In this document: piece after piece, positions 38,589 to 46,648 of the stretch
Layout of the letters: each line of letters starts with the position of its first letter
Numbering within the stretch: position 1 is the first letter of the stretch
Assembly: GCA_902594705.1 (NCBI GenBank)
Contig: CACJNI010000006.1
Coordinates: 4,781-68,780 of the forward strand
Reading direction: 5' to 3'
DNA from: an uncultured Pelagibacteraceae bacterium
GTDB lineage: Bacteria; Pseudomonadota; Alphaproteobacteria; Pelagibacterales; Pelagibacteraceae
DNA length: 64,000 nucleotides
Made by a program: the position numbers and the translations under genes
The notes under the pieces: generated by a model
Told to the model about the DNA's origin: nothing
Databases searched by the model: none
Seen by the model: only the letters and a program-made list of their open reading frames with translations

Positions 38589-39237
38589 AGATTTTTTTTG
38601 ATAATTTATTAACCTTTAAATAGTTTCCATCAAATTCGTATTGAGTGTGATATTTTCCAGGAAATGCAATGCATTTTATATCAGCACTTAAAGCAGAATT
38701 TAAACTTTCTTCTGTATCTTCAATTGCAACACATTCGTCTGAGTTAATATTAAAGTATTTTAAAGCATAATTATAAATATCGGGATATGGTTTTTCTCTT
38801 AATATGAATTCATTGTTGCCGATAAAATCAAAATCTTTTTTTTCAATTCTTCCTCTTAACGAGTTAAAAATAGAATTGATATTATTACTTGTTGTTGAGC
38901 TAGCAAGCCCAATTTTTATTTTGTTCTTTTTGCAAAATTGAATTATTTCATTTACACCTTCTCTAGGCTCAACTTTGTGTTTGTTTAAATATTCATTAAA
39001 AATTTTGGTTTTTAAATTTCTTATTTTTTTTCCATCTATTTCAACACTAGTTTTTTTTGCGTAATCATTAATTCTTGTAGTTCCGCCTGATTTTGACAAT
39101 AGTTTTCTGTATATATCTTCATCCCAGAACCAGTCTAATCCACTTATTTTAAAAGCTTCATTAAATGCATTTCTTTGAAGATCTGATGTTTCAGCTAAGG
39201 TTCCAATTGAACCAAATAAAACAGCTTTATAGCTCAT
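38578..39237 (-). CDS. HAD-superfamily, CbbY-like protein lacking the motif-I aspartates
   Basis: AVLFGSIGTLAETSDLQRNAFNEAFKISGLDWFWDEDIYRKLL...GG..RI parallels CbbY-type proteins (recalled as ..IFDVDGTLAETE..H..AFN.AF...GLDW.W....Y..LL), but DxD is replaced by GSI. Motifs II (ASST), III (K in REKPYPDIY) and IV (EDTEES) are present. Start at 39237 (TAATG junction) rather than the track start at 39345. Confidence 0.75.
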   Translation of the reverse strand: MSYKAVLFGSIGTLAETSDLQRNAFNEAFKISGLDWFWDEDIYRKLLSKSGGTTRINDYAKKTSVEIDGKKIRNLKTKIFNEYLNKHKVEPREGVNEIIQFCKKNKIKIGLASSTTSNNINSIFNSLRGRIEKKDFDFIGNNEFILREKPYPDIYNYALKYFNINSDECVAIEDTEESLNSALSADIKCIAFPGKYHTQYEFDGNYLKVNKLSKKIFNK

Positions 39238-40118
39238 TATCCCTTCACAGCACCAGCTGTTAATCCACTGATTACTTGTCTTTGGAAAAACATAACTAAC
39301 ATAAATAAAGGAGCAGTTGCTGAGACAACTGCAGAAACAGCCCACATCAAATTACCTTCATGTTGATTTGTTCCAAGATAACTTTGAATTTTGGGTACCA
39401 TAGTATGATTTTCCTGATTTAATAAAAGAGCAGTTACTGTAAAATCATTATACGCAAGCATTAAACTAAATAATCCAGCTGTTATTACTCCAGGCCACAT
39501 AACTGGCATAATGATATGTCTAAATGCTTGAAAATAAGAGCAGCCATCAATTAAAGCACTTTCATCAAGTTCTTTAGGAACAGTTTTAAAAAATGAATAC
39601 AATAACCACAATGTAAATGGTTGATTTATTGCAACAAGAACAACGATAGTCGTCGGTAGTATTCCCCAAATTTGTAATTGAAAAAACGGAAATAAATAAC
39701 CAGAGACTAATGTAATATGTGGCATTGCTCTAAAAATTAATGCTGCAATTAATATCCAAAATGCATAATTTCTTGTTGATCTAGATAAAGCATAAGCTCC
39801 TAAGGTTCCGAGGAACAATGAAATGGTTACAACAAAAAATGTAACTATAACTGTATTCCTAGATGCTTTCCAAAACTCTCCTTCAGTCCATGCTTGACTA
39901 TAAGCATCTGTTGTAAACTTTCCTCCAGTTTCTAACAACGTATTGAATGCTGTAATAGCATACCACCAGTCAGCTCTTGAAAAAAAGTCAGCTCTTACTT
40001 TAAATGATCCCCAGAAAGTCCAAATAAAGGGAAAGCATGCAACCAACAACCAAACTATTATAAAGGTTGTATTAAAAATTTTTAAAGCATTTGATCTTTT
40101 ATCAAGTCCGTATTCCAT
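39237..40118 (-). CDS. CUT1-type ABC permease (MalG/UgpE-like)
   Basis: Six TM. EAA loop DESALIDGCSYFQAFRHIIMP. Confidence 0.85.
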   Translation of the reverse strand: MEYGLDKRSNALKIFNTTFIIVWLLVACFPFIWTFWGSFKVRADFFSRADWWYAITAFNTLLETGGKFTTDAYSQAWTEGEFWKASRNTVIVTFFVVTISLFLGTLGAYALSRSTRNYAFWILIAALIFRAMPHITLVSGYLFPFFQLQIWGILPTTIVVLVAINQPFTLWLLYSFFKTVPKELDESALIDGCSYFQAFRHIIMPVMWPGVITAGLFSLMLAYNDFTVTALLLNQENHTMVPKIQSYLGTNQHEGNLMWAVSAVVSATAPLFMLVMFFQRQVISGLTAGAVKG

Positions 40119-41147
40119 TTATCTCGCTGTCCTAAATTCCTTCCATGTTCTTATTAAAACTGGTGCTAAAAGTATGGCTATCCCAACAATTGTCATCATT
40201 GAGGTGGCTGCGGCCGAACCAAATAATATTACTTCCTCATTAACGAGGTTATCATAAATTAACCAAGACAAAGATTGAGCACTTCCTTCAGCACTGAAAC
40301 CAATTATAGGCTCAAAAACTCTAAAATTATCCATCAATGAAATGAGAGCAACAAATGTAACTACAGGATAAATATGAGGCAAAACAATATGTCTTACTCT
40401 CTGCCATCTTGATGCTCCATCAATAATAGCTGCTTCAACAGGTTCTTGAGGAACAGTTTGTAAAGCTGCATAAAATACTACAAAAGCAAATGGTGAATGG
40501 TGCCAAATTCCATATATTATTATAGTTATCCAAGTAAGAGTTTTTGAAGATTTTAACGATAAATAAGGATCATCCATTAACATTTGCAAATTCGCGCCAA
40601 TAATTCCTTCTGCATCTATCATCCAAAATAAAACTAAAGAACCTACTAAAGGAGTAACAATCATCGGCAATATGGTTCCAAATATTAATGGTCCTCTAAT
40701 TCTTCTAGTTACTGCATTAAGACTTAATGCAATTATAAAACCTAAAAGTAAGACGTTAGGCGTTACAAACAAACAATAAGTTAAAGTAAAAATTAGAGCC
40801 TTGTAAAAGGGTAGGTTGGTAACTTGATCTACAAATTCCCCAAAACTATTTGTTTCATTCCAAAATTTTCCAATTTCTTCTATTGCAAGATGATTTCTGT
40901 CGATATAAGTCCCAAATCCGTTGAATTTTCCTAAAGGCTTTTCTTCTCGAATTTTTGAGGTTTTTTCTTGGTCAACAACTATAGAAACTGTACATCCAAA
41001 AGGATCACATTTTTTTACTTCCTTAACTACTTGGTCGTGCTGCGCATAAAATGATTGTATCCCTGTTGAAATAATAGGAAGACCTATAAATAAAATCATT
41101 GCCAATCCAGTTGGCAAGAAAAACCAAAAAAAAGTTTTGTTAGGCAT
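40119..41147 (-). CDS. CUT1-type ABC permease (MalF/UgpA-like)
   Basis: EAA loop EAAIIDGASRWQRVRHIVLP with a large first periplasmic loop. Abuts the downstream permease gene with 0-nt spacer. Confidence 0.85.
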   Translation of the reverse strand: MPNKTFFWFFLPTGLAMILFIGLPIISTGIQSFYAQHDQVVKEVKKCDPFGCTVSIVVDQEKTSKIREEKPLGKFNGFGTYIDRNHLAIEEIGKFWNETNSFGEFVDQVTNLPFYKALIFTLTYCLFVTPNVLLLGFIIALSLNAVTRRIRGPLIFGTILPMIVTPLVGSLVLFWMIDAEGIIGANLQMLMDDPYLSLKSSKTLTWITIIIYGIWHHSPFAFVVFYAALQTVPQEPVEAAIIDGASRWQRVRHIVLPHIYPVVTFVALISLMDNFRVFEPIIGFSAEGSAQSLSWLIYDNLVNEEVILFGSAAATSMMTIVGIAILLAPVLIRTWKEFRTAR

Positions 41148-41156
41148 TAATGTAAT

Positions 41157-41180
41157 AAGTGGGGATTTTCATCCCCACTT
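41157..41180 (-). terminator. Intercistronic GC-rich hairpin after the CUT1 SBP gene (attenuator or mRNA-stabiliser candidate)
   Basis: Perfect 10-bp stem AAGTGGGGAT / ATCCCCACTT with a 4-nt loop. No U-tract. Confidence 0.55.
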
Positions 41181-41192
41181 AAAATTTATTGA

Positions 41193-42413
41193 TTATAGAA
41201 AGCCTTGTTCTTTTGCTTTACTCATGTAAGCTGCTTCCACATCTTTTAAAGCTTGTTCTGCTGACTCTTTACCTTGTAAAAATTCAACAATCTCACTTCC
41301 TAATGCACCATGCATTAAACCCATTTGTGGTAACATTGGATATGGTTTAGCTTTCATTTTAACAGCTTCGATAACTCCAATTGATTTTGGTCCAGGCTTA
41401 AAACCTTCAATTAACCAAACAGCTTGATCTGCTGCATCTGCAACCATCTTTTTGTTAGCAGCTGCGTGTGCCAAAGATCTAAAAGTTGCTTCAGCATCCG
41501 CGTCAGATCTATTTTTTGCTAATGTGAAACCGTCCCACCATAAAGTCGCTGCTGGTATGTTTCCTCCACCAACCGTTGCTGGTCCAGTTAATTTTGTAGC
41601 AGCTGTAATTTTTGCATCACCATCATCATCAAGCAATGTTCCTGATCTTGATGCCCAAAGAGTCATTAATGCAACATTACCAGATTCCCATTCAACTTTA
41701 ATAGCTTCACTATCGTGAGTTAAATAATCTGGGTTACTTAAACCTGCTAATTTTTTTAGCATATTTAATGTTGCTACACCTTTTGCATTGTTAATGCTTG
41801 GTTGAGCAGTTCCTGCTTTAAAGAATTCTCCTCCATGTCCAATGTACATGTTAACGAATTCTTCTGCTAAATTCCAACCAGCTTTGTATGCTGCTGCGTA
41901 AGGATATTGCATTTTACCAGATGCTCTTATTTTTTCTGATGCCGCAACTACTTCCTCATATGTTTTAGGAACAGCAATACCCAATTCTTTTAAAACATCT
42001 TCTCTGTAATATAAGTGCTGAGTATTTGCCATAAAAGCAACTGCCATTATTTTTCCGTCAATTGTTATTAATTGAGAGTCTTGTATTCCTTTTCCATATT
42101 TTTTGACAAGATCATCAAGTGGTCTAATTAAGTCTTGGTTCATCAAAGGAACTATAGAGCTATTTGCTGCAATTCTTGCAGAAAACTCTGATGGATTTGC
42201 AGTTAGAGCTGGCACAGCAATTTTATTGTGCTCAGATGAGTGTGTAACTTTAAAATCTGCACTTCCTTTACATCCTTTAGCTGTTTCCACGAAAGTTCTT
42301 AAAGCTGGAAAATCATTTGCTAAAATATTTATTGATCCACTCTTAATGTTACAATCTGCGTAAACAGAAGTTCCAAAAAGAAGAAACAATAAAGATATTA
42401 ATATTTTTTTCAT
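41193..42413 (-). CDS. ABC substrate-binding protein, family 1 (CUT1 / UgpB-MalE type)
   Basis: Signal peptide MKKILISLLFLLFGTSVYA, ~406 aa, family-1 pattern. SD AGGGA lies 7 nt upstream of the ATG at 42413, which is why I prefer it to the track start at 42428. Confidence 0.8.
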   Translation of the reverse strand: MKKILISLLFLLFGTSVYADCNIKSGSINILANDFPALRTFVETAKGCKGSADFKVTHSSEHNKIAVPALTANPSEFSARIAANSSIVPLMNQDLIRPLDDLVKKYGKGIQDSQLITIDGKIMAVAFMANTQHLYYREDVLKELGIAVPKTYEEVVAASEKIRASGKMQYPYAAAYKAGWNLAEEFVNMYIGHGGEFFKAGTAQPSINNAKGVATLNMLKKLAGLSNPDYLTHDSEAIKVEWESGNVALMTLWASRSGTLLDDDGDAKITAATKLTGPATVGGGNIPAATLWWDGFTLAKNRSDADAEATFRSLAHAAANKKMVADAADQAVWLIEGFKPGPKSIGVIEAVKMKAKPYPMLPQMGLMHGALGSEIVEFLQGKESAEQALKDVEAAYMSKAKEQGFL

Positions 42414-42486
42414 ATTTGTTTCCCTCATTAAATTTAAATTTATGGATTAAAGGATATATATTCCTTGGGGAATTTAAAAGTAGTTT

Positions 42487-43614
42487 TTAAATCGCATTTG
42501 ACGCAAGCTCTGCACCTGCGACCAAAGATTCAAATTTTTTGTAAACAATATTTTCATCAACATTTCCAAAGCCAGCAAAAGTACTAAATCCACAATCACT
42601 TCCAGCCATTAATTGGTTTTTATCAATTACTTTTGAATACTGAATTATTCTATTTTTTACTAACTCTTCATGCTCTACAAAGTTTGAGGTTGAGTCTATT
42701 ACACCAGGAACTATTACTTTGTTATTAGGAAGTTTTATGTTCTCAAATACCTTCCATTCATGAGCATGCCTTGGATTGGATGCCTCAATTAAATAAGTTT
42801 GGATATTTGCTTTTAATGCAATGGGTAATATTTTTTCTAATCCAATATCGTGAATATGCGGACCTTCATAATTTCCCCAGCAGATATGCATTCTTAATTT
42901 AGAGGAATCGATATCTTTGATTGCTTCATTAAGACATTCAATTTGTTTTTCAGCTCTAACTAAAAATTCTTCATCTGATACATTTTTAAAAGTCATATGT
43001 CTTGCTAGCGCAAGATCTGGGCAATCAATTTGTAATAATAAATCATTCTTTGTTATTTCATCATATTCAGTTTTCATCATTTTTGATAATGCCTCTAAAT
43101 AATCATCGTCATTTTTATAGAATTTATTTGGAAGGAAATTTGAAATTACTCCTGGTGAAGCAGAGTTAATAAATCCCTGGGGATGGTTATTTTTTTTTAA
43201 CGCTGATTTTAAATTACTGATATCTTTAGTAAGAGACTGAGTATCTTTGATTTTTAAATCAGCAGTACAACATGGTCTTGTATAAGTAGGCGTACCCCCT
43301 GATTTTGAAATTTTTTCTTTATATGATGGAAAATCATCTAAGTCTTTAGGAGCTCTTCTCTCACTTTCACCACTAAAGCCATGTAATCGATCCTTGACAT
43401 AAGTAGCGTAACTTATCTTTGACATTTCACCATCACTTATAATGTCAATTCCGATATCAATTTGTTTTTTTACAATTTTGTTTACATCTTCTTCAATTAT
43501 CTTATCAAGTTCTCCTTGATCAAATAATTCATTTTTATCTTTTTTAAAAAGTATTTCAGATAGCTTTTTTGATCTTGGCAGACTTCCAACATGTGTGGTT
43601 TTAATTTTATCCAT
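42487..43614 (-). CDS. Cobalamin-independent methionine-synthase-like protein, catalytic (C-terminal) domain only (Zn thiol-alkyltransferase fold)
   Basis: ~375 aa. TTHVGSLPRS N-terminal motif, Zn-ligand motifs MHICWGN (H-x-C) and GSDCGF (Cys). No N-terminal MetE half. The alternative start at 43641 would overlap the upstream gene by 22 nt. Confidence 0.75.
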   Translation of the reverse strand: MDKIKTTHVGSLPRSKKLSEILFKKDKNELFDQGELDKIIEEDVNKIVKKQIDIGIDIISDGEMSKISYATYVKDRLHGFSGESERRAPKDLDDFPSYKEKISKSGGTPTYTRPCCTADLKIKDTQSLTKDISNLKSALKKNNHPQGFINSASPGVISNFLPNKFYKNDDDYLEALSKMMKTEYDEITKNDLLLQIDCPDLALARHMTFKNVSDEEFLVRAEKQIECLNEAIKDIDSSKLRMHICWGNYEGPHIHDIGLEKILPIALKANIQTYLIEASNPRHAHEWKVFENIKLPNNKVIVPGVIDSTSNFVEHEELVKNRIIQYSKVIDKNQLMAGSDCGFSTFAGFGNVDENIVYKKFESLVAGAELASNAI

Positions 43615-43619
43615 AGTTT

Positions 43620-44579
43620 TTACATTAATATTTGTTTCCAAATAGCCACTTCATCAAATAATACCCATTCTCTTATTATTTTATCATCTCTTAATTCTGC
43701 ATGATTTATACCCATTATAAATAAATCTTTGTCAGTCTTTCCCCCAAATTCTTCGCTGTCTTTAGAGTGCTTGCCACTTAAAAACCATCTGATTGTAGCT
43801 TTTTGATTGTTATTTTTTTCATCTAAAGATGCAACATGTTCGATTGTAAACTTTATTTCAGAAAATATATTTTTTAAAGAGCTCCAATATTTAATTATAT
43901 CTTCACTGCCATTTCCAACTTTATTACTTGGCCAAAATAGACTGGCTGCTCTATCATAATCTTCAAAATCATAATCATCATTAAATATTTTCTTTAAAAT
44001 ATTGGAATATATATAACCTGATGAAACTTGATTAACTTTTACTGGAGTATAATCTGACTTTTTATCAGAAGATCTATTAAAAACTTTGATAGCTTTAGAT
44101 ATGCCACCTTCTTTATCAATTAAATGCCTTGCAAATTGCTCAGGTGTATAACCCAGCTGTCTAACCATTGCACCTTGATCTCTCACAATCCACTCATCAT
44201 AAACCTGATTATTTTTACATGCACAGTCGGCTATAACTCTATAAACAATTTTGTTTCCTGTTTTTTTTCCGTAATACCCGTCATTTAAATGTGTAGCTTT
44301 ACTCAGAATTCTGTGCGATGAATGATATCCTTCATCGTCATTTCCACTCCAAATTACATCTTCACCTAATAATTGTCTGTCTGGAAATTCGTCTAAAGTT
44401 TTATAAGTTGCATCAATAACAGGTTTAAAACCATAGGTTATTCCAAAGGGTGATCTTACGGGGATATTCTCTGAATAATATTTAGATATCGACTCGACAT
44501 CTTTACCTTCCCAAATTTGTTTAGTAATTTTTAAAATGTAATCAGTTAAATTTTTATAATTACTATCAAATCCTTTCAT
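43620..44579 (-). CDS. Tandem NTF2-like (SnoaL / predicted ester-cyclase-like) two-domain protein, 319 aa
   Basis: Two repeats, each ending in the same block: NNQVYDEWIVRDQGAMVRQLG (~aa 125-145) and DDKIIREWVLFDEVAIWKQI (C-terminus). N-terminal ILKITKQIWEGKDVESISKYYSE is typical of SnoaL-like starts. Confidence 0.65.
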   Translation of the reverse strand: MKGFDSNYKNLTDYILKITKQIWEGKDVESISKYYSENIPVRSPFGITYGFKPVIDATYKTLDEFPDRQLLGEDVIWSGNDDEGYHSSHRILSKATHLNDGYYGKKTGNKIVYRVIADCACKNNQVYDEWIVRDQGAMVRQLGYTPEQFARHLIDKEGGISKAIKVFNRSSDKKSDYTPVKVNQVSSGYIYSNILKKIFNDDYDFEDYDRAASLFWPSNKVGNGSEDIIKYWSSLKNIFSEIKFTIEHVASLDEKNNNQKATIRWFLSGKHSKDSEEFGGKTDKDLFIMGINHAELRDDKIIREWVLFDEVAIWKQILM

Positions 44580-45517
44580 TAGATCTGACTAACAAAATTT
44601 AAAATACTATTTTCTGAATTATTACAAGATATATCTATTTTGCTACTCAAAGGAACTGAAAAAGTGTCTCCTTTTTCTAATTTTATATTTGAGTTTCCTA
44701 TTACTATTTCCCAATTACCTTCTTGAGCAAAAAGGACGGTAGGCTTTATACATTCAATATCTTTAATTTCACCAGATATAGAATTTAATGTTGTTAAATT
44801 AAATCCAGTATCTTGTTTGATTGAAGGTTCATAAGTTTTTTTATTAAATTTATTTCCTAATACTTGATATAATTTAATACCATTAACTTCATCGCTGATA
44901 TTGTTTTGTTTATTTCTATAAATATTTTTTTCTAATTCTTCTGGCAAATAATTATCAAATTTTTCTAATTCATCTTGAGTGATAGGCTCTATCATCTTTC
45001 TACCGTTAGGCACTTCAATCTTTTTTAAATCTATTAACGAATTATCATCAAGCAATGCCATACCGGTCTCTTTTGCCTTTTTTAAAATTTCTGGAACCCA
45101 TGTTATTATACCAGGATCATCTCCGCCTAATACAACAAACATCAAACTTTCTTTATCTCCAACATTTTCAAAAGCTCTGAACATATTTGTAGGCATTGAA
45201 ATTATATCGCCAGCTTCTAATATTGTTTCTTGTTTTCCATCAGCACCCCAATAAAATCTCCATTTACCTGAGTAAATTACAAATACTTCAGCCGTAGTAT
45301 GACTGTGAAGACCAGATCCATTTTTTGGCATAGCACTCACTGCTCCTAAATTATACCCATGTAAAGACTGTATTTTTATTAGTTGTTTGGTGTCTTCAGC
45401 GACACCACGTCCAATAATTGTATAATTTTTTCTTTCTTTATGACCTTCTAATCTACCCTCTACAAAAGGAAGACTACTCGGAACGAGCTCATTAAATTTT
45501 GCCAATCTATCAATCAT
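44579..45517 (-). CDS. Bicupin protein, 312 aa (N-terminal cupin with an H-x-H-x3-E metal motif; C-terminal cupin without obvious ligands)
   Basis: GSGLHSHTTAEVFVIYSGKWRF...GDIISMP in the first barrel. A second beta-barrel-like segment ...VLFAQEGNWEIVIGNSNIKLEKGDTFSVP follows. Shares 1 nt with the start of the downstream gene. Confidence 0.65.
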   Translation of the reverse strand: MIDRLAKFNELVPSSLPFVEGRLEGHKERKNYTIIGRGVAEDTKQLIKIQSLHGYNLGAVSAMPKNGSGLHSHTTAEVFVIYSGKWRFYWGADGKQETILEAGDIISMPTNMFRAFENVGDKESLMFVVLGGDDPGIITWVPEILKKAKETGMALLDDNSLIDLKKIEVPNGRKMIEPITQDELEKFDNYLPEELEKNIYRNKQNNISDEVNGIKLYQVLGNKFNKKTYEPSIKQDTGFNLTTLNSISGEIKDIECIKPTVLFAQEGNWEIVIGNSNIKLEKGDTFSVPLSSKIDISCNNSENSILNFVSQI

Positions 45518-45558
45518 ATTCTTGTTATTTATCTCTATTTAAATATAAATTGCAATTT

Positions 45559-46635
45559 ATGCAAATAGAACAATTTGATACAGGACTTAAAAATCAAAAT
45601 AATTTTCAAGAATTAAAAATCACAGCTGAAGAAAATAAACAAAATAAACAAATAGTTAGAAATTATTTGAACAATATTTACAAGCTTGGACCATCTAAAA
45701 TAGAAGAAAATTTAAGCAAATATTTTAGCGAAGATGTAAATATTAAATGTTTTTTTCCATTAAATGAATTTAAAGGTTTGTCTAATTTTAGGGATAAATT
45801 TTGGACCCCACTTTTTGATGCGTTTCCTGATTTAGAGAGAAGAGAACAACTCGTTATAGGCGGAGCCTTTAGAGATAAATTTCAAGTTGGAACAATATCT
45901 ACCTTATCAGGAATTTTTAAAAAGAAATGGCTAAATGTAGAGCCAAATTTTAAAATGGTAAATTTAAGATGCTGTGAGATACACGAATTAAAAAACGATA
46001 AAATTATTGAAAGTCACATTTTAATCGACACAATAAATTTTCTAAATCAAGTAGGGAAGTTTCCAATAAATCCTTCAAGAGGGTATGAGGGCATTTGGAT
46101 GACACCAATAAATACAGATGGTGTAAATTTTTACGAAAACAATTTAGATGTTTCAAAAGCCACTTTAGATCAATCTCTTACTATGCAAAGAAGTTTAAAT
46201 ATTAAACCAGAATTAGAAGCATCATCTGACTCTGATTTAAAAGAAAAACTTATTAATCACCCACAAAAAGATTTTTGGCATGAAAAAATGATTTGGTATG
46301 GACCTAGCGGTATAGGAACAGCACGCTCTTTGGAAGGTTTCATTGATCATCATCAACTTCCTTTTAGAAAAACATTTAAAGAAAGAAATTATTGGGAATT
46401 AGGACATTATTGTGAATTAGGAGATGGTAAATTTTCACTTACTGCTGGATGGCACAGTATACAAGCAGTGTATGATTCAAATGATTGGCTAGGATATAAT
46501 TCAAATAAAAATAAAGTAACTATGAGAGTTATGGATTTTTATCATCATGATGAGGGAAAAATCAGAGAAAATTGGGTACCGATAGATCTAGCGCATATAT
46601 TAAGTCAGATCGGAATTGATATTTTTAAATCTTGA
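45559..46635 (+). CDS. Tandem NTF2-like (SnoaL / ester-cyclase-like) two-domain protein, 358 aa, paralogous in architecture to 43620-44579
   Basis: Domain ends NDKIIESHILIDTINFLNQVG and EGKIRENWVPIDLAHILSQIG repeat the block seen in 43620-44579. ATG at 45559 (MQIEQFD) chosen, because the track start at 45499 would overlap the divergent bicupin gene. Confidence 0.65.
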   Translation: MQIEQFDTGLKNQNNFQELKITAEENKQNKQIVRNYLNNIYKLGPSKIEENLSKYFSEDVNIKCFFPLNEFKGLSNFRDKFWTPLFDAFPDLERREQLVIGGAFRDKFQVGTISTLSGIFKKKWLNVEPNFKMVNLRCCEIHELKNDKIIESHILIDTINFLNQVGKFPINPSRGYEGIWMTPINTDGVNFYENNLDVSKATLDQSLTMQRSLNIKPELEASSDSDLKEKLINHPQKDFWHEKMIWYGPSGIGTARSLEGFIDHHQLPFRKTFKERNYWELGHYCELGDGKFSLTAGWHSIQAVYDSNDWLGYNSNKNKVTMRVMDFYHHDEGKIRENWVPIDLAHILSQIGIDIFKS

Positions 46636-46648
46636 AAACTAAAGTTCT

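Noticed and set aside
42429-42486. AAGGA-TATATAT-TCCTT hairpin between the MetE-like gene and the CUT1 SBP gene, considered as a terminator.
   Set aside because: It has only a 5-bp stem with an AT-rich loop and no U-tract. It cannot be told apart from chance structure in AT-rich DNA.
2536-45558. N-terminal extensions implied by the track's first start codons: 2536, 7059, 22104, 26462, 29172, 36790, 39345, 42428, 43641 and 45499.
   Set aside because: In each case an internal ATG lies at or just after the upstream gene's stop. That ATG restores the usual family N-terminus (for example MHIGIDLGGTK, MKKILISLLF signal peptide, MSYKAVLFG). The extension would overlap a neighbouring gene or a hairpin and looks non-protein-like (for example MGCFCSCLSNCSFIYVSYVF).
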